A DNA stretch of 64,000 nt from Bigelowiella natans CCMP2755 (GCA_000320545.1 ADNK01000007.1:1-64000); one strand, 5' to 3'; positions 28,712-41,480 are shown, counted from the first letter of the stretch. Notes: a model not told the origin generated them from the letters alone. Made by a program: numbers and translations.

Positions 28712-30353
28712 CACTAGGTATTCCTCGGGACGATGCTTGGTTGCGCTCTCAAGGCAATCGTTCACCTATTTCTCGTCATCAACTGCATCTTCCTCCCCAG
28801 TTTGGCTTTCAGCGATAAGATCAGCGGTTCAGGGGGGGGCATCCTTCCAGGGAATGGCAGTTATTATGGAAGCGGGGGGAGAGGGAGTAACTGGCCGCTA
28901 CTCTCGCGAAATAACATGGCGCCATCTAAGATGATGATGCGGTCTCAGTATGAAAACTTCATCTCCGTCCTCAACTTGGATCTTGGGCTAAGCTTAGCCA
29001 CAGTGCTGCTATGCTGGGATTACACATTCCCAGATCTGCGACTCGAGACAATCTTCGATGCGTTCTCCTCCTCCTTCTGCATGCTCAATGTGCTTCTCAT
29101 CTTCGCATTGCCCATATGGTATTATTACTACTAGTAGTACCAGCAGCAGCAGCAGCATCTTTTGTAGGAGCCATTAGAGGAAGGTGGACATGGTATGCTT
29201 TCGAAATAGTTTCGCCAGTGAAGCAGCCCTGCTATCGTTGCTTCCTGCTTCTTTAATGAAAATGCAAAATTGACGAATGTTTCCAGAGACGAACTGCAAA
29301 AAAATATGAGTGTAATGGCGTGTGCTTGCAATTTGACTCCCCTCCCCTTCTCCCCCCCCCTACCCTGGGTATGCTGCTTAGGTCTGTCGTTTTGTGGCTG
29401 GCTGTCGTCAACGAACTCCATGTAATACGAAGAAGAATGAGTGAAGTGATGATGGGATAACACTATTCGTACACACACACACGCACACGTATATAAATGC
29501 ATATACAGGCTGCTTCAACTGGCATTATCTTTTCTGGAAGTATATTTCTTGGATTCTTCTGCTGCGTCAAGGTGAAACTAGTGAATCATGTCCCTTTTCA
29601 AGATCGATGAGAAGTAGAAAATATGCCAACATTATTATCGCTTTGTGGCGCTTTCTTTCACCGAGAACATGTAATAAATGCATGTTGATTACGACTTGCC
29701 GAAGAAGGCCGTGGTCGAAGGGGCAAGCCTGTTAGTTGTTAATGGAGTTATCAGTATGTTGCATGAACGTTCTTTTTTTACGAGGAATGAATGATCTTTC
29801 CTTTATAGGGGATTGGTGAATTTTTTGAGCCGGCGAAGGCAAATTGGCAGAAAGCCCATCAGGTCTCTATCTTCTCCCTCCCTCCCCCATCCTAACCTTT
29901 TTTTAATTTTAGTCTCATCTAATAACTTTTTCCCAACGAGTAGCGTTGTATCTGTCTGATTTCTTCCAACCCGTTTCTTTGAATTGTCATGGAATATTGT
30001 TTAAGAACGTGGTTCTCTTGAGCTGCCTCGTGGTGGTCGTTGCCCGGGTGTACTTGTACATCTGCTTTCTACAGGTTACATTGATAGCAGTCCCTCGTCC
30101 GTCCATTAACAACGTGTTTCATGCGTGCTTGTTTGGACAGAGCACACACACACACCACACACACACACATGCACACGCACACACACGCACATCGTTTCAT
30201 TTGTTAGTATGCTTAGAAAGTCTTGCTGCATACGCATGCACGTGTGTCTCATTGTGTCTGCATCCGTGCTTTATATTAACTCCCACATATATAACATTTT
30301 CTGTCGTATCGCGGCTTCTTTTGCTGCAACCTATCTGCAAACACCCAAATTGA
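27433..30353 (+). CDS. Multi-pass membrane protein of unknown family, multi-exon; start approximate
   Basis: Successive GT-AG exons with hydrophobic helices: FIMVSSVCFLITLFLCTVTIYLL, GLIQIAVAIVTCDFF, SGLFALALLLLSIA, IVHLFLVINCIFL, MLNVLLIFALPIW, TGIIFSGSIFLGFFCC and VVLLSCLVVVVARVYLYICF. Confidence 0.6.
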
Positions 30354-30859
30354 GCAGATTCACAAGTTTCTTGGAAAGGGCAAGAAATTCAAGCAGCAGG
30401 TATGCCACATGCACGCACGTGCGAGCACACACACACACACGCACATTAATACACGAATACGACCAAAATCAATAGACGGTGTGCGTAGTGATTTTGGAGT
30501 TCTGAGTCGTCGAGTTTTAATTCTAAATCATCACCATATTTTATTCTCATAATCTTTCACGCCATCATCATTATTATAATCAATCATCATCAAAATCGCA
30601 ATCAGGTGAATCGGCTTCGGTACTATAGTAAGGAGCAGAAGATCATACCCAGGCCTGGTACTAAACAGTATGGCACATTGTGTAGTTGAGATACAACGAC
30701 AACGACAAACAACAACAACACAGAATCCCGGAGGCATCCGAGTGATTAAGTTCACAGCTAAATTATAGATCATACAGTAGAGGTAGCCGTCATCATGCCA
30801 TGAGAATAAGATGTATGGATGTAAAATTATCCAGTAATAATCTCATATGCTCGCAAAAT

Positions 30860-31775
30860 AGAGATAGAGAAGGAGGACACATTGCATGGAGACCCGCATG
30901 TGCATGCCCTGCGAGTAAAACCTTTGAGTATGAGTCTCAATGATCATGGCGAGGCTACCTAGCCAATGACACTTTCGCAACAAAGCAATCACATAGCAAT
31001 GCATGTGTTTCAAGTTGGCACAGCCCATGGAAGCAAAATGTGACATGCTAGCATGCATGTCTAGATGCACGCACGTCGCATCTGCTCCATGCAATCAGCT
31101 GAATCAGTGTGACAAGCTAGCATCGCAGTCCAGCAGTGCCCTGCTAGCCTGCTCTGGCGTCGCTCTGGCTCTGGAGCTTGCTAACAGCTCCCATGCTGGC
31201 CATGGCGCTTGCATGGTTGAAGAACGGGAGATCAAGATGGGCGAGGAGAGCCAGAGAGAACCAGTGTCCACTGCGAACACCGAGTGTTTTGAATTTTTTT
31301 TGCGATGCTGATCGAAGCTAGCGAAGGTGTCCAACACAGCTAGCTAGGTGTGTGCATGCTGGCATGTTTTCATCGATGAAAAATGCACTTTGAAGGCAAT
31401 GCGAAGTGCACATCGATTGCTTGCCCATGAGACGTGACAATGGATGCAATGACATGGCATGCACACAACATGCTGCACACAGACTAGACAGAGTGGACAG
31501 TGGGTGTTTGATCGCGATTTTGGCAAGAATTGTGTCGCAATTGGGGGACCTTGATGCAGAGGGCTGGTATGGACACGAACCTAAGGACGAAGGTGAGTTC
31601 TGGGTAAGCGACAAAGGAGATAAGGTTAGAGAGGAATCTATTACCTGGTGGTTGGTGAAGTTCCGAAAGCGATGAAGGTCTAAGGGAATAAGGAAGGAAG
31701 GAAGGAGCAACATCGCAAGCACACCTGTAGCGCGTACCACTACGCGGGCACAAGTCACGTGCGACAACAAAGGGG
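30860..31775. mobile_element. Degenerate repeat/retroelement relic, TpA-depleted in 31000-31560
   Basis: No introns or microsatellites; strong CA/TG excess. A short ORF tail (..EGWYGHEPKDEGEFWV..KFRKR*, ending 31675) is followed by a purine run and a putative LTR. Confidence 0.45.
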
Positions 31776-31776
31776 T

Positions 31777-32051
31777 TGTCGCGGATATAGAATATAGATA
31801 ACGTAGATATTAATACAGCATAGGCACGTGGGTTCCGGCGGGACTCATGGCAGCACACCGGAAGTGTGCTGCCCCACGTGCGGCGGCATTCGCGAAAGCT
31901 TCGCGAATGATTACGCAGTGCACGATTTAATAAAAATATAATCTTTAATAAAAATAAACACAACTCTTCAAAAGGAAGCAAACGTGCCTTTCCCCCCCCC
32001 TGCCTACTTGTGCACGTAGCGCCTCGGCCTGTGAACACCTTACGCGCAACA
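31777..32051 (+). mobile_element. Putative 3' or solo LTR (275 bp)
   Basis: Starts TGTCGCG and ends CGCAACA (7-bp terminal inverted repeat with 1 mismatch, TG..CA). Preceded by the purine tract AAAGGGG. Contains AATAAA signals (~31928-31958) and palindromes. Confidence 0.5.
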
Positions 32052-32458
32052 ACCTTTGGCTTCCACACACGGGAAACGATTTCAAATCCATCGTCTCTCT
32101 CGACTCTCCAGAGATTTGGTGACAACACTTGAAATCACCTCAAAACATGAAAAAAATTTTGCCTCACGAGAAAATGTAATTTTCACCGGTGGAATTCCGG
32201 CAAAAAAGTGAGAGTTCGCACAAGTCCAACTGAATTGTTGGATGCGACGAGTCTGCTGGTGGCATGTTAGTTAGTTAGTTAGTTAGTTGTTCTTTTCTTG
32301 AGAAACTCTTCTGCTGGGCAGCTGGATCCATATGGTACTTTTACGGATAATAAAATGTCTAATTCAAAAATGAAAGAAAACAAATACAACAACAACAAGA
32401 ACGCCAGCGCTTCCAAAGGTAGGGAGACACGTGCCCGCTTCCGAGGGAGGTCCATACG

Positions 32459-32715
32459 ATGGCGGACAGCAGTAGCTCATGGTCTCTGCAGTGCAAGTTT
32501 AAGGGAAAGAGTGTAACAGTGTGTGCTCTTCCCACTGCCTCCTGGCTCAGCGTAAAGCAGCAGCTCGAAGATGCGCTTGGTATCCCTTCTGGCCAGCAGG
32601 TGTGTTACAGTACGTGTGAATAAGAATGTTTCTTGTCGAGGGGATGGGTCTATCTCACAAATTGAAGTGCAGAGGAGGAATGCAATAGGGGATGTATAGC
32701 GTGCCTCGGTCTACC

Positions 32716-32746
<31 letters not shown>

Positions 32747-33562
32747 CTTCTTCTTCTTCTACATCCTTTCTAATTCGATGATCCCAGGCATCTATCATCC
32801 CCATCCCACTAAAAATAGTCTTTGGTTAACATTTTGGCATCTGCTCCTCCCTATTGTCTTATTCCCCACTCCTTCATCCCCCTCACAATTTTCCCTCTCT
32901 GCTATGCTGTCGAGAAGAAGTTGATTTGTAGGGGGAAACAGGTGAAGGATGACATGACCGTGCGGGACACGAAAGGTAGTAAGAAAAGCTCTCAGAGATA
33001 TACAGACTGTACAGAAAGTGCGCCAAATGTGCAGGATAATCATTCTTACCTTTCCCGTCCAAAGGCGCGAAGGACAAAGCGCGCATAATGGTACTGGCTG
33101 CTAACAGGTAGCGGTGGTGGCTTGCAGGACTAGAACTAGAATCTCCACCTAACGTATTTCCCTGCCAAGTATGCATCACGACACGAACGCCTCTTCTCTT
33201 AGCAGCGAGGTGCGACAGGCTGAGGAGAAGCGACAGCAGAAGAACCAAAATGACGAGAAATTTTCGAACGTCTTTAGGAAAGGGGAAGTTGTTCTGTACA
33301 AGGTGAAAGGCGAAGATGAAGATGAAGATGATCATAGGATTCTTTGCAGTAGAAATGGAGGAAGGAAATAGACAGAAAACACCGTTGCAATATAGCGTAC
33401 ACCTAACACTTGTTCAGTATCCGCATCCATTCACTCAATTTTCTCGTTGTTGTGCATCGATCGTTCGAGAAGGGCCAAGAGGATGTTACTGTATTGAAGG
33501 CACATTTCGATGACCCAACAGAAGTAGATTAATGATGATTATGATCATGATATTTATTATTG

Positions 33563-33596
<34 letters not shown>

Positions 33597-34312
33597 GCGC
33601 CTGAATGGATGGGGAGAGGGGAGGTGTATCAGAGAGTCGGAGAGCAGTCGAGATTGTAGTTTGTTTGCCAAATGCTGTCGTTCTTGACTAGGAGTTTTAA
33701 TGGTAACAACAGGTATACTACACTATTAAGCGCTCCGACGGCACAGAGCGGCAAACAATTTCCAAGTAACATACTGAAATAATCCACTTAGTATGTATCT
33801 GGCCTGTCTTCTTCGCTACCACGTTCCTCTTTCACTCTCCTCCACATCGTCCGCGCAACAGATACCTGTCCCGGAAAAGTGCCGCTGCCGAGTCTCCATC
33901 GCCTCCGTCATTGTCCTCATCAGCACTGAGGAAAGCAGAGGGGGTTGAAGAGAGTAGCTCAAAAGATGATAATGATACGAAAGGCAACGACTCTAAGAGT
34001 GCCGTAGCAGCGACGAGTGGCAATTCTTCCTCTTCCTCCTCTTCTTTCCCTTTTCATGCTCCGCCAAAGGTGTCTCACAATTGTGTTCAAATTTACTTGC
34101 GGAGCTCTTTTGTAACATAAAAGTATTCTCATCATCGTCATCATCGCAAAGGCTCATCCTCCCCCTCCTCCTCCTATCCTTCTTTGATCATCATCGTGTC
34201 GTAAACGATGCTATCGTTGCAGGACACGAACATCAAATATATTGTCGTGAAGCACGGGGCAAAGGCATATTACATCCCTTGCGACCCCGATAAGGAAACC
34301 GTTGGTGAGCTT

Positions 34313-34352
<40 letters not shown>

Positions 34353-34498
34353 TTATTATACAAATATATATATAAAACACCTCGTGGTACACACCATTCC
34401 AACCAGGTGGGATTAAGATACGGCTCGAGGAGGTCTTGGGCGTTCCGAAGAGAGTCATCCGGCTAGTTGCAGGCCGCCTTACGGTAGTAGTAGTAGTT

Positions 34499-34529
<31 letters not shown>

Positions 34530-35789
34530 CGGTGCTGGCATGAATGGAGTGCGCAAACAATATCTTTAATTTTGTACAGTATCTTATTTTGTCTTTCCTA
34601 CTGTTTGTGAGAAAGTACGTTGCTGGGTGCATAGCTGCATTATTCGCACTGCATACTACTCGCACGTAAGAGCAGAGTTCCCCCCTCCTCATCTGACCCA
34701 AATGTACCGCCATCGTCAGAAAGCCGACGACGACACCGTGCTCGCATCTGTGAGGATAAAGCATAAATCGAAGGTGGATTTTGCTAGGACGATGCGAGAA
34801 GCTAGGAGTGCTTGAAACGAGGGATGTGTGCAATGTAGATTAGTATGTGATGAAGTTGATGGTGGGTTGGATTGACGGGTGCTCCTTGTTTGCTCTTTTT
34901 CACGTTGATCGAAAAGATGATGGTTCTCTTCAAGGAAGGATTTCATATCGCTCGGTGCGCAATGATGCTCGCTAGTAGCTTATAAATCATAAACGTTTTG
35001 GGTCGTCGTATAGAATCGTCGGTGTGAAATGTAGTGGTGATTCAGATCTTAATGCCATCTTTTCCATACTCTGTGGAAGAATCTTGATGACTCAATTTTC
35101 CCCCTGATTTCTCTGCATTTATATATGTTACATTTATTTATGTATTTGGTATTGTCAATTTTATTCTGAGCTATTTTCTGAGCTATCTTTTATCTTTGTC
35201 TTTATCTATCTTCCAGATATGGAGAGGAGGTATTGCAGAAAGCCATAGCGCAGGTACTGCTTCTACTAGTAGTAACTACTACAAATCCTACTACCTAATA
35301 TCTGATGCTTACTAGATATCTCCATCATCACCATCATTTCCATCATTGTCATTCACAGATTGAAGCTGCGGAACAACTGGCTGATTCAACTGAGAAACGA
35401 TTCGAGCATCGAGGTATGCATCCTATGATATATGAATAGAATCTACCGCAAGTCGCTATGATTATAACCTTGGCAATTCGATAGTATACCTACTCGTTGA
35501 GTCTCATGGTCGTCAGGTCTCGATTTAGCGGAGGGGGTCAGGCGTTTATTTAGCCTTAACGACGCAGTCAGTAACTTGCACCGCACGCTCGAAGGTATGG
35601 TCTTGATTAGTGGAAACGATACACCACACACACACACACACATACACGAGCGCACGTGTACAATCAACTTATACAGGTGTGACTGTGAAGTCGGCTAGTG
35701 AGAAGATTGTTAGCGGGCTGAAAGAACGATTGCGTGTGCTCAAGCGAAGAGTGAAGGAAATTACAAAAGCGCGTTCAGAGTTTGGGTGA
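32459..35789 (+). CDS. BAG-family co-chaperone-like protein: two ubiquitin-like domains plus a C-terminal helical BAG-like domain
   Basis: UBL1: MADSSSSWSLQCKFKGKSVTV..VKQQLEDALGIPSGQQ|KLICRGKQVKDDMT. UBL2: IVVKHGAKAYYI..IKIRLEEVLGVPKRVIRLVAG..ADDDTVLASVRIKHKSK|MMVL. Helical tail: IEAAEQLADSTEKR..LNDAVSNLHRTLE..LKERLRVLKRRVKEI*. Confidence 0.65.
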
Positions 35790-36459
35790 TGCACGCTACG
35801 ATGTATGCAGCAACGTTGTCAAAATCATGCTCTTTCAAACCGTGTACAGTATCTTATTATGTTGACGATCAACGTGGAAATAGACGAACGATGCTGGTAT
35901 TATTACTACGCGTAGCGCTGTGTCGCAACCCTGGGGATACCCCTCATTTCCCCCACATAGCCTGCAATGTGTCGCAGATTCAGACTACTTCTCAAGACTA
36001 AATCATTACGCCTCTCACATGCGTGTACACATGATCTTCACTGTGCTGCGATACGGCAATTCCTCAAATCAAATCAACTACTACGCTGATAGCTTTACAT
36101 GCAGTTGCTACGATGCATTGTAAGGTTGGTAGCAGGTGATATTTTATAACGTGAGGCGACGTATAGCACAATTGGTAGCCAATTACCATCACTAAAATGC
36201 TCTTCAGTCTCGCTACTACAAGGAGCAGAGACGTTTTTCTATAATCAAAGGAAAAAGGCTCCCCCGTCATTTTGCAATGCTGCTTGTCCCAAGGGAAGTT
36301 GGAGATTGGCGCTCTAAGAAAACGAACATATCACACATACTAACCAAGTACCGACTTATAACATGTGAAGAACTGTCCACGCCGTCCATACACTGGCAAC
36401 ACACACACGCGCGTGCACGCAAGGATGTGTAGTATATGTAAGGGATGGAAAAGGTAGCT

Positions 36460-37249
36460 ATGTAACCGTTGCCATTGAGATTCGTGCATGACGGTACAGC
36501 AGCGGATCAAGCACTATCTCTAACAGCATAGCCTTTATTCCATGCCGTCATCACCCAAGCAAAATGATATCATGGAGGGAAAAGGAAGTGGTGATTAGAA
36601 AGGATTAGAACAGTAGTGATGAAACAAACTTATAAGACTCTGTTGGTGTTACGCATGGTTAGCTCTTTATCACAAATTATATTTTCCCATTCTTCATGCT
36701 TAATAACATTCAGCCACATTTGCTCATCGTCCACGAATCATCATCCTACCTGCTCTATGACTGCAATGCCTGCGAAAAAGAAAACTGGCCCGGAACTCCA
36801 ACTGTAGATATTTGCGTGCGTGCATTTTGTGTACGGTATGTGTTACGGGATAGGTCGTCGTCATCATCATTATCATCATCATTATCATTAAGAACAACTT
36901 CAAAACCAGACGTCAACTTTCATCACCGTAGTCTTATTTTCCCTCAATATCCTCATCATCGTCACCAGCACCAGATATATCATCACCTCTTCTCCTTCTC
37001 ATACCACCTCAGCTATAGCTAGACATCAGCATCAATATTCATCATAAAGTCATCTTAGTCGTGTTGTCATCGTGCCACACACCCGGACGGATCCACGTCG
37101 ATTTCCCCACTAAACAGCTCAGGCTTGCTAACCCATTGAGGCTCCGGGAGGAGGATGGCGTCAGCTACAGGCATCGACATCATCTCAGAAGACACGGGTA
37201 CTAGAGAGATCCAGTCCGCACCACCTCTACATTTTATAAGATGTGTTTG

Positions 37250-37322
<73 letters not shown>

Positions 37323-38358
37323 CGTATCCAGGAAATAAAGGGAAAGAGAAGAACAGACAACCAAATCACGCACGGCAACACCCAGAAATCATCGAGCACA
37401 GTTGCTCAATACGGTATCGAATAACCATCTATTGCAAAACACACACGCAAGCACACATGCACATCCCTACACACTATAGGCACGTGTACATTCTGTGCAC
37501 ATTACGGCCTAGAACTGCCCACGCTGACGCCAACGTCTTCTTTCGAGACACCTTCCTCTTCTCTCTTCAACCCCCCCCTCTCCTTAATAATGATGGTGAT
37601 GGTGTATCAGGTCATTATGAGTACTACTTATCGAATAGTTGTCGCAGCTGGCCAATTTGTGTCGGAGTGAGGCCAAACACCAAGACGGCCTGCAGGGCGG
37701 TGAAGAGGTGAGTGGGAGGATAATGAGGTAGGACAATGAATTATGTAACGTGCTATTTCAGCCAATCCTTACCGCTTGATCGCCCTCAGCCTCCATTTCT
37801 ATTCAAATTGGACGAGTTTACATATCGGAAAGATGTAGCAAGGCAAACAGCGCATTAGCGCTCACCCATATCTTGTCAAAACGTTAAATTTCAAGAAGGT
37901 CTCTCGGATCACTCCTCCCCCCTCACAGCTCTATGTTCAATGGTGTCGCTAACTCGTGCTCGTCATGCTCCTCAAAAACAAAATTCGCACCCAGTCGATC
38001 GAGGTCGCGTTGGTCTGGCAAACGTGCCCATCTGGCAAACGAGGAGGCAGAGCGGGGAAGAGAACTGTAAGGCCGAAACGGTTCTACTTTCCGTGGCCAA
38101 AGCGAGGGTACACTGGCGATTGAACGTTCGGCTCGATAAGCACGAGAAAGAACCTAGATTGCGCACAGCTAATCAGATACCACTTCCGAAGCCGCATCGA
38201 GCGAAACTCACCTCTGTGCGCGCACAGCTACGAGTCCCTGGGTTCTGGATATGGTTCACCGTCCTAAGCATCCTCCTTGGATTTGATGAGACAAGGGGGG
38301 GGAGAGAGAGGAGTAGGAGTGGAGATAGCACCGAAACCGCGGTGGGGAGGTTGGCCAT
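36460..38358 (-). CDS. DUF3783-like putative plastid protein with signal + transit peptide; 3' end uncertain
   Basis: Leader MANLPTAVSVLSPLLLLSLPPLVSSNPRRMLR. Exons AVLVFGLTPTQIGQLRQLFD|..GGADWISLVPVSSEMMSMPVADAILLPEPQW|..SGPVFFFAGIAVIEQ resemble, from memory, plant DUF3783 proteins. Confidence 0.5.
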
Positions 38359-38525
38359 ACCCCTCCTCTTCTTCTGTCTGCTCTTCCGAGGCCTCTGTGC
38401 TGCGTGTATGTGTGTAATGCGTGTATAATTTCGACGGGGAACAACCCGTAAAATATCCTAATTATTCTGACTAAAACCAAGCTAATTGGGCACTCGGCAC
38501 AATCCTTCAACTTCCGTTCTGGAAA

Positions 38526-39725
38526 ATGTCCCCGGTGTTAATTGAAAATACCGGGATTTCATCGGGTGGTATCATTCCCCACCAGGGATTCGGTTGCCGA
38601 AAAATGAGAAGAACAACAACCAGAAGAGATCAAGAACCGCACTTTCCAAAAATGAAACCGTCATCGCCGCAATCGGATGGACCTCCTGTGGGACCTCCTC
38701 CTGAGGAACTCGACGCTCCTGGATGGGGCGATTGGATTTATGGCACAGTACATAGTTCTGGTGAGGCCTTGGCCTCAGGAGTCATACTTGGTTCCGGAAT
38801 TGTGTCGAACACAACATCGTACCTTGGAGGAGGATTGATGGACATAGCTGTGAAAACTGGAGACGCCATTGGACATGGGGCTGACACTATTGCCAGTGTA
38901 ACAACTTATAGTGCTGGGGTATTCGCCAACACAACTTACGATGCAGTAAACACGGGAAGTCAGGGGCTGCTCCATTCATTGGATTTACTGAAATCTGTAA
39001 ATACTTCTATTTCGCAATACTTTTCAAGTTTATCAGAATCCATCTTGTACGCGTTCGATACCCTATTTAGCTTGATCTGGGCATGCTATATTCTATATGT
39101 TATCTGGAATCGCGGTCTTAGGAGCGGAGTGTACATGATGATATTGAAGGAGCTGGCGATCATCTACCGCTCAAGTTTGATGTCATTGATGATGCGCATG
39201 TTGGTGTCCCTAGATTGGTTGCAGGACTCACTTAGATGGATCATCACATTATCAGTTAAAACTCTTTCCTTCTATCCAAAGACATTTATCAGTACAGTTG
39301 TGCTATGTATCATTGGCCACGGCCTAATAATGTACTACATGTCCGAAAACGAGAAGGACACGATTGTGTCCTGTTGTTTTGATTCATTTTTCAAGTTTAC
39401 AGTCGGAGACCCATGCAAACAGACTCGGCGCTGCCTGAGCAAAATAATTATCTCTTCGCAATTTTTATGTTGTTATAGGGATAGGGAAGTATCCATAGAG
39501 GAAACAATCATCAAATCCGAACCAAAGGACCATGAGGATGACGACAAAAATCGAAAGCTCGAAAACCTCTTGCTCCAGCAAGAAAAGAGAGCCGAGTTAC
39601 TTAACAACCGACTTGAAAAGACTCTGAGCACTTTGGAGGCCATGATAAACAGGCAGAATGTGCAGTCTGAGAACAGGGTTTCAACTACAGGATCATCCTG
39701 TCTCGATGAAAAGGAAACAACATGA
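38526..39725 (+). CDS. Intronless 399-aa hypothetical protein (amphipathic G/A/T/S-rich region, 2-3 hydrophobic segments, C-terminal coiled coil)
   Basis: Long, non-repetitive open frame with protein-like composition; no motif recognised. Confidence 0.6.
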   Translation: MSPVLIENTGISSGGIIPHQGFGCRKMRRTTTRRDQEPHFPKMKPSSPQSDGPPVGPPPEELDAPGWGDWIYGTVHSSGEALASGVILGSGIVSNTTSYLGGGLMDIAVKTGDAIGHGADTIASVTTYSAGVFANTTYDAVNTGSQGLLHSLDLLKSVNTSISQYFSSLSESILYAFDTLFSLIWACYILYVIWNRGLRSGVYMMILKELAIIYRSSLMSLMMRMLVSLDWLQDSLRWIITLSVKTLSFYPKTFISTVVLCIIGHGLIMYYMSENEKDTIVSCCFDSFFKFTVGDPCKQTRRCLSKIIISSQFLCCYRDREVSIEETIIKSEPKDHEDDDKNRKLENLLLQQEKRAELLNNRLEKTLSTLEAMINRQNVQSENRVSTTGSSCLDEKETT

Positions 39726-40830
39726 TCGCGCATTGATGACAAAAATGTGATTAGGAATGGAACATGCAGTGGCAAAGCTTCAGTGTCAACAATGCAGCGC
39801 GAGTGCAACTTCTAACTTTCAGTGTGTGTTAAATATCATTGACTCCTTCGCCTCAGAGTGCGTTCAACGAACTACAACGACTGCCATCAAAGCACGTGTA
39901 GTGATGACAATGCCATGCTCATGCGTGTGCGTGCATGTGTCCATGTACACATGCAACAATGCACAGCGATCATCTTGTCTCTTTGTGTCAAGCACCCACT
40001 TTCAAGCATGCATTGTGCCTTTGTCACACATCTGCACTCATTTCCACACATACACCAGACAACGTGTGTGCCCAAACAACAACATGTGCACCATGTTGCC
40101 AGCGTGTCAGTGCATCATTGATGAAATGGTACGTTTGCCGGTCATTGGCAATCATTTCTCCCTCATTTGATGACCATCCTGCCATTGGCGTTTTGTGTGT
40201 CGCACTGCGTGTGGGCGAGGTCATCACATTCAACATTTCATGGTTGCGCATGGAAAACGTTCTTGCATTCTTGCATGGCTAGACGGGTCTGTGAATCACA
40301 AAATTGCAGGATGCACACAATTTGAAAACTCTGCTGGTCGTTCAGAGGTGACAAGAAAAAAGTGTCTTTCCGAACGATGTGCGGATTGACCATTTTTTCA
40401 CATGCCTAGATGCGTGAGGGCCACATTCGTCTAGCTTGTTTGTGCATTGTGTCAACCTGGACCAAAAATGAAGGTTTTGAGTCCTTCTAGCCTTGTCCTC
40501 AGCTAGCTCAGCGTTCTTGAAAACTCCCAACACTTCTCAGTTCTCATATTCTCGTTGCTCTGATCATTGCTTCTGATGCAGTGCCAGAGTGGTCCACGTT
40601 CAGTGCTGCGACTGTGCTGCTGCTGCTGCTGCTGCTGCTGCTGATGCTACGACGTCGACTGCCACTGCGTCTGCACTGCCACGACTGCCGCTGCCTCTGT
40701 CACCACTGCCACTGGCACTGCGACTGACTGGTCTTGGACACGAATCACCTGCACAAATCATCACACGCATGGATCAACTGGCGGGTGTCTTGCGACGTTC
40801 ACGGGTGCCCCAGCTAGCCAGCTCGCTAGC

Positions 40831-41480
40831 TCGTCCACGCATGCTGGCACGGATGGGTCCGGTTGTCGAGAACAAAAATTGAACGTGAACAACAATGAAC
40901 AATGATGATGAACTGCATCTCCAAAACGTTGCGTGTTGTGTGTGTGCGTGTGTGTGATGTGTGCCCAATTTCAGTGCGTTTTTGCTTGCGCGAAGAAAGA
41001 GGCGCCGCTGTCTCCTCTTCTCCTCCTTGCGTGCGTGGCTTTGGCAACAACCTCACAAGGAAAGGTGTTTTCTGCAAGACACTTGCAGAAACGCAAACGT
41101 CTTGCAACACTTTGGAAGTGTGGTTCATCATCATTGTTCATTGTTCATTGTTCAATTTTTGTTCTCGACAACCGGACCCATCCAGCGTGGACGATCCCAA
41201 GAACAAGAACAAGAACAAGAACAATGATGATGAACTGCGATTCCAAAGTGTTGCAAGACAGTTGCAGTGTGCGAAACGCAGTGCCTCGAACCAACTTTGG
41301 TGAGGACCAACCAGTGAACCAGCAGGGAACAATTCAAATTGGCAACCTAGCCATTGTGGAACAACATGACTAGCAGCAACATGGCGGCGACGCAAGGCAT
41401 CTGATCCAAGTGGCACCCGTGAAACAATGAAACAATGAAACAATGATGAAAAACTACATTTCCAAAGTGTTGCAAGACAC
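40831..41480. repeat. Inverted repeat (40851-40932 / 41104-41183) plus two further partial direct copies (~41222-41260, ~41423-41480); MITE/foldback-like
   Basis: GGATGGGTCCGGTTGTCGAGAACAAAAATTGAAC.. at 40851, with its reverse complement ending at 41183. The subunit ATGATGAAC.....TTCCAAAGTGTTGCAAG recurs 4 times. Confidence 0.85.

Larger units (their letters stand above)
500..37330. repeat. Very dense intronic microsatellites ((TA)n, (GA)n, (CA)n, (CAT)n, (TAG)n, (CTT)n, (GCT)n)
   Basis: Visible in most introns of the host genes, e.g. 868-905 (GA)n, 11657-11704 (TA)n, 32718-32760 (CTT)n. Confidence 0.95.

Noticed and set aside
429-37711. Numerous short ORFs with poly-L/S/I/H or YI/SL/CV/HT dipeptide runs
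   Set aside because: They are translations of intronic microsatellites, not genes.
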